Source: Planctomycetota bacterium (GTDB lineage Bacteria > Planctomycetota > B15-G4 > JADJEK01). Taken from it: a stretch of DNA of 64,000 nucleotides. The stretch covers positions 174,713-238,712 of the forward strand of contig JBGAIQ010000005.1 in the NCBI GenBank assembly GCA_044225365.1, in the 5' to 3' direction. The position numbers and the translations under genes were made by a program. Below the pieces are notes generated by a model. That model was not told the origin of the DNA and ran no database searches. It was given only the letters and a program-made list of their open reading frames with translations. Position 1 is the first letter of the stretch. Each line of letters opens with the position of its first letter. Shown here piece after piece: positions 49,738 to 59,709 of this stretch.

Positions 49738-52700
49738 ATGAGACGGGCGCGCCGATCGAGAACCGCTTTGCCCCTCCCCCATCGAAACGTCGCCAGCACG
49801 GATCCGTCGCACCGCCGAGCGTTCGCATCGCGAGTCGGATGCGCCCTCGCGATCACGGCGTCCTGCTGCCTCGGATTCGCCGCCGGTCCGCACCGCGAGG
49901 ACGCGCCGCTCGCCGACGACGTCGCCTTCGCGCGTGCGCTCGCCGCGCATCGCTACTACGACCTCGCACTGATCTGGCTCGACCGCGCGCGAGCGAAGGT
50001 GACGCTCGATGCGGAACGACTCGTGCAGGTAGCGACCGCGGAGGCGACGATCGCGCGACTCGGCGCGGCCGACACGGCGAACGCGAATCTCCGCCGACAG
50101 TTCTTCGACGCCGCCGTCGCCCACTACCGGGAAGCGCTTGGCTCCGACCCCGAGATCCGTGATGTCGAAATCGGCGAGCTCGCGCTCGACGGACTCGCGG
50201 CAACCTGGATCGAACGAGGTCGATTCTGGCTCTCCGAGCAACGCCGCGAGGCGATCGTCGATGTCGCGGACGAGGCGAACTCCCCAAAGATCTCCAGGTC
50301 CGGCGCGCAGGCCGCGGCGCGGGCGCACGCCACCGACTCCTTCACCCAGGCGATCGATCTCCTGCGCCGCTCGCGCGACGATCTGCTCATCGCGGCGCGA
50401 ACGTCACCGTTCGATCGCGAGCGCCTTCGGGAACTCGCGACCTACGCGCTCTATCGCCGGGGCGAGGCGAGTTTCTACTTCGCGCTCACCTGTGAACCGA
50501 AGGAGTTCCGGCACGAAGATCAACTGGATCACTGCCGCACGACGCTGACCGACTTCCTGTGGGACGCCGGTGATCTGGGATTGCTCGCACAATCCGCCAC
50601 GTGCTTCCTCGGCGCGGCCGATTGCGAAATGGCCCGAGGCGAGATGGTGCGTGGCAAGGATCGCCTCGCATTCCTGCGCCGCCATGAGGATGCGCTCGCG
50701 CGACTGCTCGACGTCGTCTCCACCAGCACCGGTGTGGCGAATTCGATCCTCTCGAAGAAGGACGATCCGGCTGCGAGCGACTTCGCGAAGGAAATCCTGG
50801 AGCGCGCCTATCTCGCCCTCGCTCGTCTCGACCGCGATGCCGCGGGATGGATCGAGTCGACCGACCCATTGGCCCTCGAGGAGAGCGCCTCGCCTGCCAA
50901 TCCAACGTTCGACCCTCGACTCATCGCCGCGAGGTATCGGCTCGACGTGCACAATGGCGCCGCACCCCGGGATCGCGCGTCCCTCGCCAAGGCGCTCCGC
51001 GAGCGAGCCGCGACGCGCGCACTCGAGCTGAAGGGCCGGCTCGACCATGCCGGATTGCGCCCGTCGCGAGACTGCTTCGAGACGATCCTCGAACGCGCCT
51101 ACGCCTGCGCCGCCCTGCAGCGCGACGCCGACGCAGCGAGTGCGGCATCCGAGGTGGCGCGAGGCAGCCCGGGCACCGACCTCGCGGCCGCCGCGCAGAC
51201 CCTCCTTGCGGAACTCGTTCCCGACCGCGAACGCAGGGTCTCGCCCTCGATCGCGGGATCGGCGGAACTCCTCGATCTCGCGGCGCGCGGTGCGTGGATC
51301 GCTTCCCGTCGCGCCGACGCGATCGAGTTCTTCCATCGCTGCCTCGACGCGATCGCGGCGAGCCACGACCCGAGCGACGACCCACGCTTCACGATCTCCT
51401 CGTGGCGCGGAATCGGCGACTGTGAAGCGGAGCGCGGACGCCATCTCGAAAGTGCGATCGCCTACGAGCAAGGCCTCGCGGCGGCCGAACGCCTCGTCCG
51501 CCGCGACGAGATCTCCGAACTCGCGATCGAAGCCTACGGTGCCTGGAATCGCCGGTTCCAGAGGACGCATCATCCGTTCGATCAGGCGGAGAGAGACCGT
51601 TTGCGAGCGAAAGTGACGCAGCTCGGCGCGGCGCCGGACCTGCAGTACTTCGCGGCGCGCGAGACCTTTCTCGCCGCCGACGCGAAGACCCTCGCTCCGG
51701 AGCGGAAAGCCGCGTTCGCCGCGGCCGAGATCGAATTCGCGAAGGTGCCGGCAGCAACCGCCTATCGCGAGCGCGCGAGCGTCTTCATCGCTCGCTGTGT
51801 CGAAGCGCAGGGGGACACGGCGCGCGCACTCCATCTCTACGACGAGTTCCTGAAGGACACTCCCGCGGAACCGGCCCCTTCCTCCGATCTGCTCGCGCAG
51901 AAGAACCACGAGATCGCACTCGCCGAAGCGACGTTCCACCGTGCCGGCATCCTGCTCGTCGAACATCGGGAACAGGACGCGCTCAAGGCGCTCGCGGACT
52001 TCGAGACGCGCTTTCATGCTCAGGCGGAGTTCTTCCCACACGTGTCGAGCACGCGCGTTTCGTGCTTCATCGCGCTTCGACGCATCGAAGAAGCGCTCTC
52101 GATCGTCGACGCGATGCTTTCCACACCGGCGATGACGACCGGGAGCGGAATCCCCTCGACGCGCGATGCAGTGCACGCGCTCGCCGCTACGCTCGCCGAT
52201 CGCGCTCATGGCAAGGACCCGGGAGCGACGGCGATCCCGCCTCTCGCCGCGGTGGATGCGCTGGAGCGGGCCGCGAAGTTGCTCGAGCGCTACGATGCCG
52301 CAACGGGCGATTCGCCGTCGCTCCACCTGCGCCACGAAGGTGCCTGGTTCGCCGAGGCGGCACGCCTCGCGCTCGCCGCGGGGGATACGTCGCGCGCGAG
52401 CGATTTGAACCATTCCGCCGCCGTCGACTTCGCCCGGTTCCAGACTCGCTTCGCCGCGACCGAGCCCGAGGTCTACCGCGACGAGATCTTGCCCATGCAG
52501 GCGCGCGTGCTGCTCGAGATCGACGACTTCGGCAGCGCGTTGCCCCTGCTGCAAACTTTGCGCAAGCAACGTCCGAACGATCTTCAGGTGCGAGAGCAAC
52601 TCGCGCATTGCCTGTCCGGGGTCTGCGAACGCCAGGCCGGCGTGATGGTCGAGGACTTCGGCATCGACTCTCCCCTCGCGGCGATCCCCGAATGGACGGA

Positions 52701-52935
52701 CCTCGTCCTCGCGCTCGAACGCAGAGGTCCCGTCCGCGACGATGCCTGGTGGCGAGCGAACCTCGGACTGCTGCACGCGCGAATTCGCCTGGCGAAGCGC
52801 GACGAGAAAGCGCGAGCGGATGCGACCCGCCTCGTCGCCGCAATGCGCACCGTGATCGCGGAATCCGGGACGCCCGTCGCCTCGCCGTTCCGCGAGTGTT
52901 TCGAGTACCTCGCCGCGAAAGGGGACGCGCGATGA
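49738..52935 (+). CDS. very large exported TPR/alpha-solenoid protein (~1065 aa)
   Basis: Hydrophobic signal segment, then FARALAAHRYYDLA and many helical repeats; start uncertain. Confidence 0.7.
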   Translation: MRRARRSRTALPLPHRNVASTDPSHRRAFASRVGCALAITASCCLGFAAGPHREDAPLADDVAFARALAAHRYYDLALIWLDRARAKVTLDAERLVQVATAEATIARLGAADTANANLRRQFFDAAVAHYREALGSDPEIRDVEIGELALDGLAATWIERGRFWLSEQRREAIVDVADEANSPKISRSGAQAAARAHATDSFTQAIDLLRRSRDDLLIAARTSPFDRERLRELATYALYRRGEASFYFALTCEPKEFRHEDQLDHCRTTLTDFLWDAGDLGLLAQSATCFLGAADCEMARGEMVRGKDRLAFLRRHEDALARLLDVVSTSTGVANSILSKKDDPAASDFAKEILERAYLALARLDRDAAGWIESTDPLALEESASPANPTFDPRLIAARYRLDVHNGAAPRDRASLAKALRERAATRALELKGRLDHAGLRPSRDCFETILERAYACAALQRDADAASAASEVARGSPGTDLAAAAQTLLAELVPDRERRVSPSIAGSAELLDLAARGAWIASRRADAIEFFHRCLDAIAASHDPSDDPRFTISSWRGIGDCEAERGRHLESAIAYEQGLAAAERLVRRDEISELAIEAYGAWNRRFQRTHHPFDQAERDRLRAKVTQLGAAPDLQYFAARETFLAADAKTLAPERKAAFAAAEIEFAKVPAATAYRERASVFIARCVEAQGDTARALHLYDEFLKDTPAEPAPSSDLLAQKNHEIALAEATFHRAGILLVEHREQDALKALADFETRFHAQAEFFPHVSSTRVSCFIALRRIEEALSIVDAMLSTPAMTTGSGIPSTRDAVHALAATLADRAHGKDPGATAIPPLAAVDALERAAKLLERYDAATGDSPSLHLRHEGAWFAEAARLALAAGDTSRASDLNHSAAVDFARFQTRFAATEPEVYRDEILPMQARVLLEIDDFGSALPLLQTLRKQRPNDLQVREQLAHCLSGVCERQAGVMVEDFGIDSPLAAIPEWTDLVLALERRGPVRDDAWWRANLGLLHARIRLAKRDEKARADATRLVAAMRTVIAESGTPVASPFRECFEYLAAKGDAR

Positions 52936-54116
52936 GTCGCGGGGAGCGCACTCGAATCGTTTGCGCGGGGCGGCGGGCCCTCGTCCTCGCGACGCTGACG
53001 CTGACGTCGTGGTTCGGGGCCTTCGTTCGCTCCGGCGCGTGCAGCGACGAGATCGTGTTGCGCGATGGCACGGTCGTCGTCGCCGATGTCGTCACGCACG
53101 ACGGCTTCGATTCCGTCGAGTACCTGCGCGGCGGCGGCAGCGCACGCGTGGCCGGCAACAGCGTCGTTTCGATCGAGCATGGCGACGCACCGCCCGCGTT
53201 TCGCAGCGGGATCGAGAAGAGCGCAAACGGGGATCTCGCGGGAGCGGCCGCCGATCTCGAGTCCGTCCTGCGAGCGCCCGCGGTTCGATCGTGGCTGCGG
53301 ATCGATGCCGGCTGCGCCCTCGGCGATGTGCTTCGGCGCGTCGCTGCGACCGATCCGTCGCGCTACGACGCGGCCATCGCCGCGTATTCCGCAGTGCTCT
53401 CCGATCTGCGCACGCGACAACGTCCCCGCGCGTGGATCGGTCGCGCGCGCTGCTATCTCGAACGCGCGTCACCGTCCGATCTCGATGCGGCGCGAAGGGA
53501 CCTGCTCGCGCTGCGCGGCGAAGCCGCGGCGAACGGCTACCTGCCGAGCGTCGCTTTGCTCTCCGAATACACGCTGGCACTCGCGCTGCTCGATGCCGGC
53601 GCCTCGGAGGCGAAGGCCAACTTCGAGACCCTGCGCGCGCACGCACGAGAAGCGCTGCGCGATCTCGACGAATCCCGCGCGACCGATCCCGCCGACGCGA
53701 TGCAGGCGATCGAGATCGCGGCGATCCGCCGTTTCGACGGCCTGGCGCGCGTCGGAGCGATCCGCACCGAACTGCGCGCGGACGATCCACTCGGCGTTGG
53801 GTCGCGACTCGAAGCGATCGCGATCGACGGATCCGAGATGCTGGAGGTGCGCGCGGCGGCGCTCCTCGGTGCGGGGAAAGCCCACCTCGCGCGAAACGAA
53901 CGCAAAGAGGCGCAGCTCGCGTTCGCGCGGGTCCGCGTGGAGTTCCACGCCGCGCGCGACGCCTTGGCCGAGGCCACTCTCGAACTTGGAATCGTCGCGA
54001 AGGAACTGGGAGACGCCGAGCCCGACGGCAGCCAGCTCGCGCGCGAGTACTTCGACGAGGTCCTCGCGCGCCATCCCGATTCGAGGGCCGCGGTCGTCGC
54101 CGCCCGTCTGCGCTGA
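52932..54116 (+). CDS. exported TPR protein with N-terminal DEIVLRDG beta module
   Basis: ATGA overlap with the upstream gene; signal peptide; C-terminal YFDEVLARHPDS (YbgF/BamD-like TPR). Confidence 0.7.
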   Translation: MSRGERTRIVCAGRRALVLATLTLTSWFGAFVRSGACSDEIVLRDGTVVVADVVTHDGFDSVEYLRGGGSARVAGNSVVSIEHGDAPPAFRSGIEKSANGDLAGAAADLESVLRAPAVRSWLRIDAGCALGDVLRRVAATDPSRYDAAIAAYSAVLSDLRTRQRPRAWIGRARCYLERASPSDLDAARRDLLALRGEAAANGYLPSVALLSEYTLALALLDAGASEAKANFETLRAHAREALRDLDESRATDPADAMQAIEIAAIRRFDGLARVGAIRTELRADDPLGVGSRLEAIAIDGSEMLEVRAAALLGAGKAHLARNERKEAQLAFARVRVEFHAARDALAEATLELGIVAKELGDAEPDGSQLAREYFDEVLARHPDSRAAVVAARLR

Positions 54117-54370
54117 GCGCGATGATCGTCATTCGTCGCGCGATGGTTACTTCGCCACGGGCTCCACGTAAACCTCGCCATTCCGGTGACTCTGTGGCTC
54201 TTCGCGGCGGGATCGCCCGGCTCTAGGGCACGCGAGATCACGGCGATTCGAAGCTTGGACGAGTGGTGTTCGGGACGGTTCTTTGGCGGGAGAAGAGTGC
54301 GATCGCGCACCCACGAAAGCGACTTCTCCGCGCCTCCACTTTTTGATCCGCGCTTCCACCCGCCGAACGC

Positions 54371-54399
54371 TTGCGCCGCAAAAGACCCGCTGATAGAGT
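54371..54399 (+). promoter_or_regulatory. possible sigma70 promoter TTGCGC-N17-TAGAGT for secretin 2
   Basis: 17-nt spacing in a relatively AT-rich intergenic stretch. Confidence 0.35.
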
Positions 54400-54511
54400 C
54401 CCCGGCTCTTTCTGTATTAACTCCTTGGCTTGGAACGCATTTCCGATCCGGTCCTCGCATCTGTCGCGCGTTTGCCGCGCGTGAAGAATCGAAGACGATC
54501 GTCGATGTCCA

Positions 54512-57064
54512 ATGAGAAGGATGGAGCGAATGGCACGGCCTGCTCTCACCCGTTTTCGTTTCGGTGTCCCCGGCATCTCGACTGTACTGGCTTCGGCATT
54601 CGCCGTCGTCGCGTGCGGCACGGCTCCGCAGAGCGTGACGAGCGACGCTGCGGATCCGGTCGCGAGCGCGCCGGACACGGCGACTCCCGCTCCGGACACC
54701 GCGGTGCTCTCGCTCGCGTCTCCCGAGCAGCCCGCGCTCGCATCGCCCGCGGATCCCGCGGCCACGACGCCCGCGGCCGCGCCTGCAGCCGCGGACGACC
54801 CCGCGACGCAGATCACGAAGGACGCGGAGGAGCGCTGGAAGATCAAGGTCCAGCAGCTTCAGATGGAAGCCGAAGAGCATTGCCTCGAGGGCCAGAAGGC
54901 GCTCGAACGCGGCGACTTCGAGAAGGCGCGCCTCTACTTCGAGCAGACGCTGAACCACATCAAGTGGGCACCGGTCGGAGTCCAGTGGGGTGATCTTGGC
55001 GCTCGCGCCCAGAAGGGCCTCGACGACGCCACGCGCGCGCAGTCCCACAAGGAAGTCGCGAAGCGCCGCGAGCAGGAAGAAGAAGCGTTCAAGAAGCTCT
55101 CCGCGGACGAGAACGCGGAGCGCATGCGCCGCGAGGCGGCGATCCAGAGCCTGATGCTCGATGGCATCGCGGCTTTCAATCGCCGACAGTTCGACGACGC
55201 CGAGAAGCTCGCGAACCAGGTCCTCGAGGTCGATCCGAACAACGTTCGGGCGAAGAACCTCAAGGACTCGGCGATCGAGTACGCCCGGTCGCAGTTCAAC
55301 GATGACGCCTTCGAAGCGCGCAAGGACAACTTCCGCCGCTGGAAGCAGGACATCGAAGAGACGCGCACTCCCTACGCCGGCATCCTGACCAATCCGGACC
55401 CGGAGTTCTGGAAGTCGATCAACGAGAAGCGCACGAGCACCGACTACCTCGCGCTTGGCACGGGTGAGACGGCGCAGGACAAGGAACTGAAGCAGCGCAT
55501 CAAGAACACGATGATCGCGCAGATCAAGTTCCCCGAAGTCTCGGTGAAGGACGCGATCGAGGGCATCTCCCTCCAGTCGGGCATCCCGATCGTCATCGCG
55601 CCGGCCGCCGCCAGCGAGCTCGAGACCAGCGGCGTTCAGCTCAACATCCCCCAGCTCAACGACATCTCGGTGGAGTCGCTCCTCGAGATCATCACGAAGC
55701 AGGCAGGTGAAGGCTTCACCTACATCGTCGACCACGGCGTCGTGAAGGTCACGAAGCGCGACGCGATCTCCGGCAACGCGATCCCCCGCATCCACACGGT
55801 GCAGGACATCGCGTTCAAGCTGAACAGCTTCAAGTCGCCCCAGATCGGCAAGATCCTGCCGCCGGGCGCCGAGATCAGCGAAGAGGAAGGCAGCCCGTTC
55901 GGCAGCGAAGTCGCGGGTGAATCCGCGATGCCGACCGAGGACATCGTCAACCTCATCAAGGAGAACATCGCCCGCGGCACGTGGGACACCGGCAGCTACT
56001 CGATCGGTGTCGCGAACAACGACCATATCCTGGTCGTCCACACGCCCGAGGTCCATCGTCAGGTCGCGCAGTTCCTCGATGACTTGCGCAAGTTCTCCGG
56101 CACGGTCGTCACGATCGAATCGCGCTTCGTCAACATCCGCGACGACTTCCTGAATGAACTCGGTGTCGACTGGAAGGGCCTCGGCGGCTCGAGCCTCGGC
56201 AACGCGGTTCCGCTCGGCGACGTCACGAACGGCGCAGAGGACAACGCGGGTTCGGGCAACGAGAACAACGGACCCGGTCCGGACCTCGGCTCTGGCCTCT
56301 CCCCCGTCGCCGGAGCGTTCTTCAACGACGGCAGCAAGGGCGACGTCCGCGCGTTCGTCGAGAACGTCTTCACGCAGGAGCAGGGCCTCGGCAAGGCGCT
56401 CTCCAACGTCGGCGGCCTCGCGCTCCAGTGGTCGATCCTCAAGGGCGGCGGCGACTCCTACAATGTCGTGATCCGCGCGATCGAGAAGTCGCAGTTCTCG
56501 ACCGAAGTCAGCTCGCCGATCCTGACCGTGTACAACACGCAGCGAGCGAACTGCAATGTCGTCAATCAGGTGTCCTACATCCAGGACTTCGATGTCGACG
56601 TCGCGAACTCGGCGTTCATCGCGAACCCGAACGTCGGCATCCTCCAGGAAGGCGTCGTTCTCGACGTCACGCCGACGATCTCCTTCGACCGCAAGTACAT
56701 CACGCTCGAGGTCCGCGCGACGGTCGCGAACATCCTTCGCCCGATCCGCAACTTCTCGACGTCGTTGTCCGGCTTGTCGATCCCGGTCACGTTCCAGCTC
56801 CCCGAGCTGGTCGTTCAGCAGGCGAACACCACGGTCCGCGTTCCGGACGGTGGCTCGCTCCTCCTCGGCGGTCTGAAGCGCCTGCGCTACATCAACCGCA
56901 CGGCGGAAGTTCCCTGGCTCGGCAAGATCCCGCTCATCGGTGCGGCCTTCCGCGAGAAGGGCCTCTCCGACGAGACGGGCAGCTTGATCATCCTGATCAA
57001 GGCGAACATCACCGAGCTCTCCCCGTGGCGCGATTCGAAGGGCCAGATGCCGATCGGCAACTGA
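54512..57064 (+). CDS. lipoprotein secretin 2 (GspD/PilQ family), paralog of secretin 1
   Basis: Lipobox AVVA-C; ILVVHTPEVHRQVAQFLDDLR, VTIESRFV, EGVVLDVTPTIS, TTVRVPDGGSLLLGG, VPWLGKIPLIGAAF. Start may be 54521 or 54530. Confidence 0.9.
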   Translation: MRRMERMARPALTRFRFGVPGISTVLASAFAVVACGTAPQSVTSDAADPVASAPDTATPAPDTAVLSLASPEQPALASPADPAATTPAAAPAAADDPATQITKDAEERWKIKVQQLQMEAEEHCLEGQKALERGDFEKARLYFEQTLNHIKWAPVGVQWGDLGARAQKGLDDATRAQSHKEVAKRREQEEEAFKKLSADENAERMRREAAIQSLMLDGIAAFNRRQFDDAEKLANQVLEVDPNNVRAKNLKDSAIEYARSQFNDDAFEARKDNFRRWKQDIEETRTPYAGILTNPDPEFWKSINEKRTSTDYLALGTGETAQDKELKQRIKNTMIAQIKFPEVSVKDAIEGISLQSGIPIVIAPAAASELETSGVQLNIPQLNDISVESLLEIITKQAGEGFTYIVDHGVVKVTKRDAISGNAIPRIHTVQDIAFKLNSFKSPQIGKILPPGAEISEEEGSPFGSEVAGESAMPTEDIVNLIKENIARGTWDTGSYSIGVANNDHILVVHTPEVHRQVAQFLDDLRKFSGTVVTIESRFVNIRDDFLNELGVDWKGLGGSSLGNAVPLGDVTNGAEDNAGSGNENNGPGPDLGSGLSPVAGAFFNDGSKGDVRAFVENVFTQEQGLGKALSNVGGLALQWSILKGGGDSYNVVIRAIEKSQFSTEVSSPILTVYNTQRANCNVVNQVSYIQDFDVDVANSAFIANPNVGILQEGVVLDVTPTISFDRKYITLEVRATVANILRPIRNFSTSLSGLSIPVTFQLPELVVQQANTTVRVPDGGSLLLGGLKRLRYINRTAEVPWLGKIPLIGAAFREKGLSDETGSLIILIKANITELSPWRDSKGQMPIGN

Positions 57065-57199
57065 TCCTTTCGATCGAGTCTCGAACACGACGCGGCCGGC
57101 TCCTCCCCTATCGTGGGAAGTGCCGGCCGCGTCGCTGCATCCCCAACGCTTCGTCGAGACGGAAGATTCGGCGCGCTGCGCCGCTATCCTCTGCGTTCC

Positions 57200-58792
57200 A
57201 TGGCGTCGTCGCTTCGCGCGCTCTTCATCGCGTTCCTGCCGCTTGCCCTGCCCGTGCTCGCGCTCGTGCTCGGCAGACCTCGGCCGTTGCCGCGCGCCGA
57301 TTTCACGTTCGTCCTGCCGAAGGAGAACGCCACGCTCGATCCCGCGCAAGCGTCGAGCGTCTCCGATGGCTGGCTCATGCTCGCGATGTTCGACCCCTTG
57401 CTGCGCTTTCACGAATCGACTCTCGAGCCGTTGCCTGCGGGAGCGCGCGCGTACGAGCGCTCGAGCGATGGCATCACCTACACGTTCCACCTCGACGAGA
57501 AGGCGAGATGGAGCGACGGCCGAAGCGTGGTCGCGAAGGACTACGAGTACGGCCTCCTGCGCCTGCTCGACCCCACCGTCGCAAGCCCGAATGGCTCGCT
57601 GCTCGCGCCGATCCACAATGCGAGCGCCGCGATCGGAGGACGAGTCGCACTCACGGAGGTCGGAATCCATGCCACCTCCGATTTCGAATTGTCGATCACG
57701 CTCGAACGTCCCTGTCCCTGGTTTCCGCGTCTCGTCTGCCATTTCGCGCTGATGCCGATCCGAGCCGACATCCTCGCCGCGCACGGCGAGCGAGCCTTCT
57801 CCCCGGAGCACATCGTGTGCAACGGCGCCTACCAACCCACCCTGAAGCTCATCCGCGATCGACTGCGGCTCGAGCGCAACGATTTCCATCCGCGTGCGAA
57901 GGAGACGCAGTTCGCGATCATCGACGCGCTCGCGATCGACTCGAAGGCGACCGCGCTCAACATGTTCTTGAAGGGCGACGTCGACTGGGTGAATGCGTTG
58001 CCGACGCTCGCGGTTCCTCGCTTGCGGGAGAGTCGCGCGCCGACGCTCGTGTTCTCGAAGATGCTCGGCACGAACTTCTTGCGCTTCGCGGTGACGAAGA
58101 CGCCATGGAACGATGTCCGCGTGCGGCGCGCGATCGATTACGCGCTCGATCGAGCTGCACTCTGTCGCTACGTGTACCGCATCGGCGAGACGCCCGCGTC
58201 CTCGCTCGTCTGTCCGGGGATACCGGGCTACATTCCCCCGCAAGAGTCGCGCGATCGGGTCGATACAGCGCGCCAACTGCTCGCGGAAGCCGGTTACCCA
58301 GATGGGCGCGGATTCCCCGAATTCGAATTGCTCCACGCCGCGGACGAGGCAGCGAGGCCCGTCGCGGAAGCGATCGCCGCGCGGCTGAAGGAGACGCTCG
58401 GGATCTCCGTCCGCCCCGTGCCTCAGGAGTTCAAGGTCTTCATCGATTCGCAGAAGAACCTGCGCTACGACGTCTGCCTCGGCAACTGGATCGGCGACTA
58501 TCCCGATCCGACGACCTTCCTCGACATCTTTCGTGCGAGCTCGGGCAACAACCGGACCGGGTGGAAGGACGCTGCCTACGACGCAAAGCTCGACCTCGCA
58601 GCGAACGAGCTCGATGAGAGCCAACGCGAACGGCTCTTGCTCGCAGCCGAGACCTATCTGCTCGAGAGTGGTCCCATCGCGCCCATCGCATGGCGCGGCC
58701 AGGCGAATCTCGTCGCGACCGACCTCGAGGGCTTCACCGGAAACGTGCTCGACCTCCATCCCCTCGATCGCCTGAAGAGGCGCGCGCCGTGA
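57200..58792 (+). CDS. oppA: oligopeptide ABC transporter substrate-binding protein
   Basis: TLDP, SSDGITYTFHL, WSDG, NGAY, DVRVRRAI, WIGDYPDPTTFL. Confidence 0.88.
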   Translation: MASSLRALFIAFLPLALPVLALVLGRPRPLPRADFTFVLPKENATLDPAQASSVSDGWLMLAMFDPLLRFHESTLEPLPAGARAYERSSDGITYTFHLDEKARWSDGRSVVAKDYEYGLLRLLDPTVASPNGSLLAPIHNASAAIGGRVALTEVGIHATSDFELSITLERPCPWFPRLVCHFALMPIRADILAAHGERAFSPEHIVCNGAYQPTLKLIRDRLRLERNDFHPRAKETQFAIIDALAIDSKATALNMFLKGDVDWVNALPTLAVPRLRESRAPTLVFSKMLGTNFLRFAVTKTPWNDVRVRRAIDYALDRAALCRYVYRIGETPASSLVCPGIPGYIPPQESRDRVDTARQLLAEAGYPDGRGFPEFELLHAADEAARPVAEAIAARLKETLGISVRPVPQEFKVFIDSQKNLRYDVCLGNWIGDYPDPTTFLDIFRASSGNNRTGWKDAAYDAKLDLAANELDESQRERLLLAAETYLLESGPIAPIAWRGQANLVATDLEGFTGNVLDLHPLDRLKRRAP

Positions 58793-59709
58793 TCCGAAAG
58801 ATCGTGAAGAAGGCGCTGTCGATCGTCCTGCTGCTCGTGATCGTGTTCACGGGGGCCTTCTTCCTGATGCGCCTCGCGCCGGGTGGACCGTTCGATAGCG
58901 AACGCGCGCTCCCACCCGAGATCCTCAAGAACATCGCGGCCCGCTTCCGTCTCGACGATCCACTCGGCAAGCAATACGCCGATTATTTCGCCGACGTCTT
59001 CTTCCACTTCGATCTCCGCCCGTCATTCGCCTATCGCGACACTTCGGTCAACGCGATCATCGCGCAGACCTTTCCGCGCTCCGCCGCTCTCGGCTCCGCG
59101 GCGCTCTTGCTCGCAGTCCTGATCGGCGTTCCCGCCGGAATCCTGGCAGCGACGAAGGCGAGCAAGAAGAGTGGGTTCGCGCTTTCCGCTGCTTTTGCGC
59201 TGAGCCTGGCCTTTCCGAACTTCGTCGTCGCCACGGTCCTCGTCCTCGTGTTTGGATTCGCGCTCCCGTGGCTGCCCGTCGCTGGCTTCGACTCGATGCG
59301 CAACCTCATTCTCCCCGCTGCTGCGCTCGCTCTACCGCTCGCCGGATCGCTCGCGCGACTGACCCGAGCCGGTGTCCTCGATGTCCTGAAGAGTCCGTTC
59401 ATCCGCACGGCGCGGGCGAAGGGCCTGACGCCGAGAAAAGTGCTCGTGCGCCACGCGCTGCGCTCGAGCCTCATTCCCGTTCTGACATGGCTCGGCCCGG
59501 CTTCCGCGGCGGTGCTCACGGGATCCCTCGTCGTGGAGCGAATCTTCGCGATCCCAGGAATGGGATCGTTCTTCGTGACGAGCGTGATGAACCGCGACTA
59601 CCCGCTCGCCACCGGAGTCCTCCTGCTCTACTTCGCGCTCGTCGCCGTCCTGAACGCGGTGATCGATCTCTCGCTCGCCGTGCTCGATCCGAGGCTCGAG
59701 GCAGCATGA
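58789..59709 (+). CDS. oppB: oligopeptide ABC transporter permease
   Basis: LAPGGPF, FIRTARAKGL, HALR, VERIFAIPGMG, NRDYP, LDPR; GTGA overlap. Confidence 0.9.
   Translation: MIRKIVKKALSIVLLLVIVFTGAFFLMRLAPGGPFDSERALPPEILKNIAARFRLDDPLGKQYADYFADVFFHFDLRPSFAYRDTSVNAIIAQTFPRSAALGSAALLLAVLIGVPAGILAATKASKKSGFALSAAFALSLAFPNFVVATVLVLVFGFALPWLPVAGFDSMRNLILPAAALALPLAGSLARLTRAGVLDVLKSPFIRTARAKGLTPRKVLVRHALRSSLIPVLTWLGPASAAVLTGSLVVERIFAIPGMGSFFVTSVMNRDYPLATGVLLLYFALVAVLNAVIDLSLAVLDPRLEAA

Noticed and set aside
53537-58759. 1740-aa minus-strand ORF, and similar long ORFs at 1291-4056, 8268-10631, 17745-19922 and 46487-48526
   Set aside because: Antisense shadows of well-supported genes. High GC and codon bias suppress stops on the opposite strand, and the translations have no recognisable motifs.
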